Shown here: piece by piece, positions 62,601 to 64,000 of the stretch
Layout: every line of letters starts with the position of its first letter
How positions within the stretch are numbered: the first letter of the stretch is position 1
Origin: Asterias rubens
Lineage: Eukaryota
Assembly (NCBI RefSeq): GCF_902459465.1
Contig: NC_047062.1
Location: forward strand, 8,308,001-8,372,000
Direction of reading: 5' to 3'
Length of the DNA: 64,000 nt
Notes under the pieces: generated by a model
Told to the model about the DNA's origin: nothing
Seen by the model: only the letters and a program-made list of their open reading frames with translations
The model's database searches: none
Made by a program: the position numbers and the translations under genes

Positions 62601-63936
62601 GTTCACACAATTTGTAGCTCGGCATACATCTGTAATCATTTTAAACTGCCACTGGTTCTTCTCAGCTTTGATCCAACAAAATAATCGCAAAGCTCTACAG
62701 TGTAGCCTCAATGGATGGGCTCTGTACCCGTTCTTATTCCCCTGTCATCTCCTCTTCTGTGTACAATCTAAAGTGTGTGATGTTCCTGTTGGCTGGATAC
62801 GAGACTACATTGGCATGCCTAGTCTTCACCACCTACCTGCTAGCCATTCATCCTGACATCCAAGACAAGGTGTGTGCAGAAATACAAGAGGTCCTTCACG
62901 AAGCGAAGGCTACACGTGTGACCCTTGACCTAGCCAACAAGATGCCTTATTTGGGCATGGTCATAAATGAGTCATTGCGGTTGTATCCACCAGTTACCAG
63001 GTACATGTAAACCATGTTAATAAATAAGCAAGTGCTTACCCAGTGAGTTTCCATTGTGGCTTATTACTTGGTAATAAATAAGCAAATGCTTTTTTGGTAA
63101 GAAACACATTTTGGTCTAGAGGAGGGGACCAGTCGCGACCAATGCACATGAAATTTCTCTTTGACTTGCGGTGAATCTGAAAAGTACCAGTGGTGTAATA
63201 ACTCAACCTTTAGATCATAATTCCAAGGTGATCGTCTGGAGAAAGCTGTGGCTAAAGATTCTGTTATCTGTGAATCCAGCCCATGTTAATTTCCCAATGG
63301 GGGACGGAACCTCCGGGGGACAGAGTTCCCTGTGACACCGGATATCTGTGGACAGAGTCAAGCTTTTTCTGGAAGACCATCAAAGCATACTGATCAATAC
63401 ATTGAGTCATGAAAACACTTGTCCTTTTCAATTCCACCACGGGTCGATTTCACAAAGAGTTAGGACTAGTATTAACTTAGGACTAGTCCTAGGAGATATA
63501 CAAAACGTGTGGCTAGTCCTAAGTTGGGACGAGTAACTGGCTCTAACTCGAGATAAGACTAGTCTTAACTCTTTGTGAAATTCACCCCCACATCCCATAA
63601 TAGATATTGACTGGTCCAAACTTTGGGTAATTATTTCTTGTGACTGATGACTCAAACTATCATATCATTTGTATCTACTTTTGTTTGCATTGTTGAATCT
63701 TTTTATTGTTAGGCACATTGAGGAATCTGTGACTCAATTATCATAACTCCCTTTCAAATTTGAATTCAACTCGGCAAGTTACTACTTTGTCTTGTTAGGT
63801 TGGTCAGAATATGTAACAGAGACACTAATGTACAAGGTCTACACATTAAGCAAGGCACAAGAATCATTGCACCATTGTGGGCCATCCAACGGGATCCCGA
63901 CCTCTGGCCTGACCCTTTGACCTTTAACCCTGATAG
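50645..63936 (+). CDS. Cytochrome P450, clan 3 (CYP3A/CYP5-related), 3' partial
   Basis: Exons 50645-50721, 52225-52318, 53674-53726, 55036-55132, 55702-55821, 57215-57306, 59608-59774, 60422-60543, 61539-61679, 62774-63000 and 63799-63936, all GT-AG and phase-consistent. Motifs: TM anchor, GIPGP, KYGKVVG, WKNMR, AGYETT, ESLR, FNPDR. The heme-binding FxxGxRxC exon lies beyond the window. Confidence 0.93.
51370..51593. repeat. 16-bp tandem array (cctat(a/g)ttccgacac-like, about 11 units) followed by 15-bp acaagttattttcgc x3
   Basis: Directly visible; no unique spacers; lies in CYP intron 1. Confidence 0.85.
51718..52095. mobile_element. MITE family A in CYP intron 1
   Basis: ttaa|aggcagtggatactaatggtaatt ... 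ttaccaatattgtccactgtct|ttaa. Confidence 0.85.
52452..52662. mobile_element. Palindromic MITE-like element
   Basis: tattgactgctt..tgc.atggttaaaactat.actccct..gtgatcc..ggag.gttctattt is mirrored by aaatagaacgctccagggatcaccaagggagtaatagttttaaccattgca..aagcagtcaata. Confidence 0.65.
54225..54895. mobile_element. MITE family A interrupted by a SINE
   Basis: Family A body on both sides of 54521-54855; right TIR ttaccaatattgtccagtgtct|ttaa. Confidence 0.75.
54521..54855 (+). mobile_element. 5'-truncated tRNA-derived SINE with TSD
   Basis: tggttaagagc head remnant, gtgtccttgagcaagatact core, (tta)n tail; tataatg duplicated at 54514-54520 and 54856-54862. Confidence 0.8.
56750..57075 (-). mobile_element. 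tRNA-derived SINE with duplicated head
   Basis: aaacaccagagc...ggtgctcttaaccgctcag..gcgacacgcca occurs twice (about 56962 and 57023), adjacent to gtgtcacgaccgggattcgaaccc. Confidence 0.7.
58320..58473. mobile_element. Small MITE with tagacc...ggtcta termini
   Basis: catagaccttatcgcaaatacc ... ggtatttgcgaaaaggtctatag. A similar-ended element lies at about 60847-61128 (tagaccccttgca ... tgcaaagggtcta). Confidence 0.6.
58639..58960 (+). mobile_element. tRNA-derived SINE
   Basis: ggccaagcggtcaagagc head and gtgtcgttaagcaagacacttaacc core. Confidence 0.6.
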
Positions 63937-64000
63937 GTAAGCTATGATGTCTCGTGGACATTTTACAATCTTGGGTTTGAGTATAACTTAAAGTGCGGTG

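Noticed and set aside
50645-63936. Naming the P450 as TBXAS1 or CYP3A4
   Set aside because: The I-helix Thr is retained (unlike thromboxane synthase), and subfamily orthology cannot be established without phylogeny.

Overview
This is AT-rich, repeat-dense animal genomic DNA. A marine invertebrate, plausibly an echinoderm, is my inference from gene content. I hand-spliced six protein-coding genes. (1) A 3'-partial, very acidic secreted protein on the minus strand (ATG 5278, 3.65-kb first coding exon) with (GSDS)10, an N-glycan sequon cluster, a furin site and DCxGxCNG repeats. (2) A six-exon sororin/CDCA5 (9480-16667) with KEN box, FGF motif and C-terminal sororin motif. (3) A small secreted protein with a single NtA/TIMP-like domain (24474-24935). 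(4) An intronless ANKRD63-like gene (32031-33581). (5) An NAA80-like actin N-acetyltransferase (minus, from 44303), possibly with an unrecognised spliced C-terminal extension. (6) Eleven exons of a clan-3 cytochrome P450 (50645-63936; the heme exon is outside the window). The standout feature is a very recent Ty3/Gypsy LTR element (45208-50325; identical 160-bp LTRs, CTTTG target-site duplication). Its PBS-gag-protease-RT half is inverted relative to the LTRs and the RNaseH-integrase half. The PBS is duplicated, and one breakpoint matches 19 nt of a tRNA-Leu 3' end, which suggests an aberrant strand transfer during reverse transcription. The element sits inside a palindromic MITE 320 bp upstream of the CYP start codon. 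The rest is TTAA-flanked (Kolobok-like) MITEs, tRNA-derived SINEs, LINE fragments and small palindromic elements. I found no rRNA, genuine tRNA or CRISPR. All splice models and family assignments were made by eye and from remembered motifs, without database searches.
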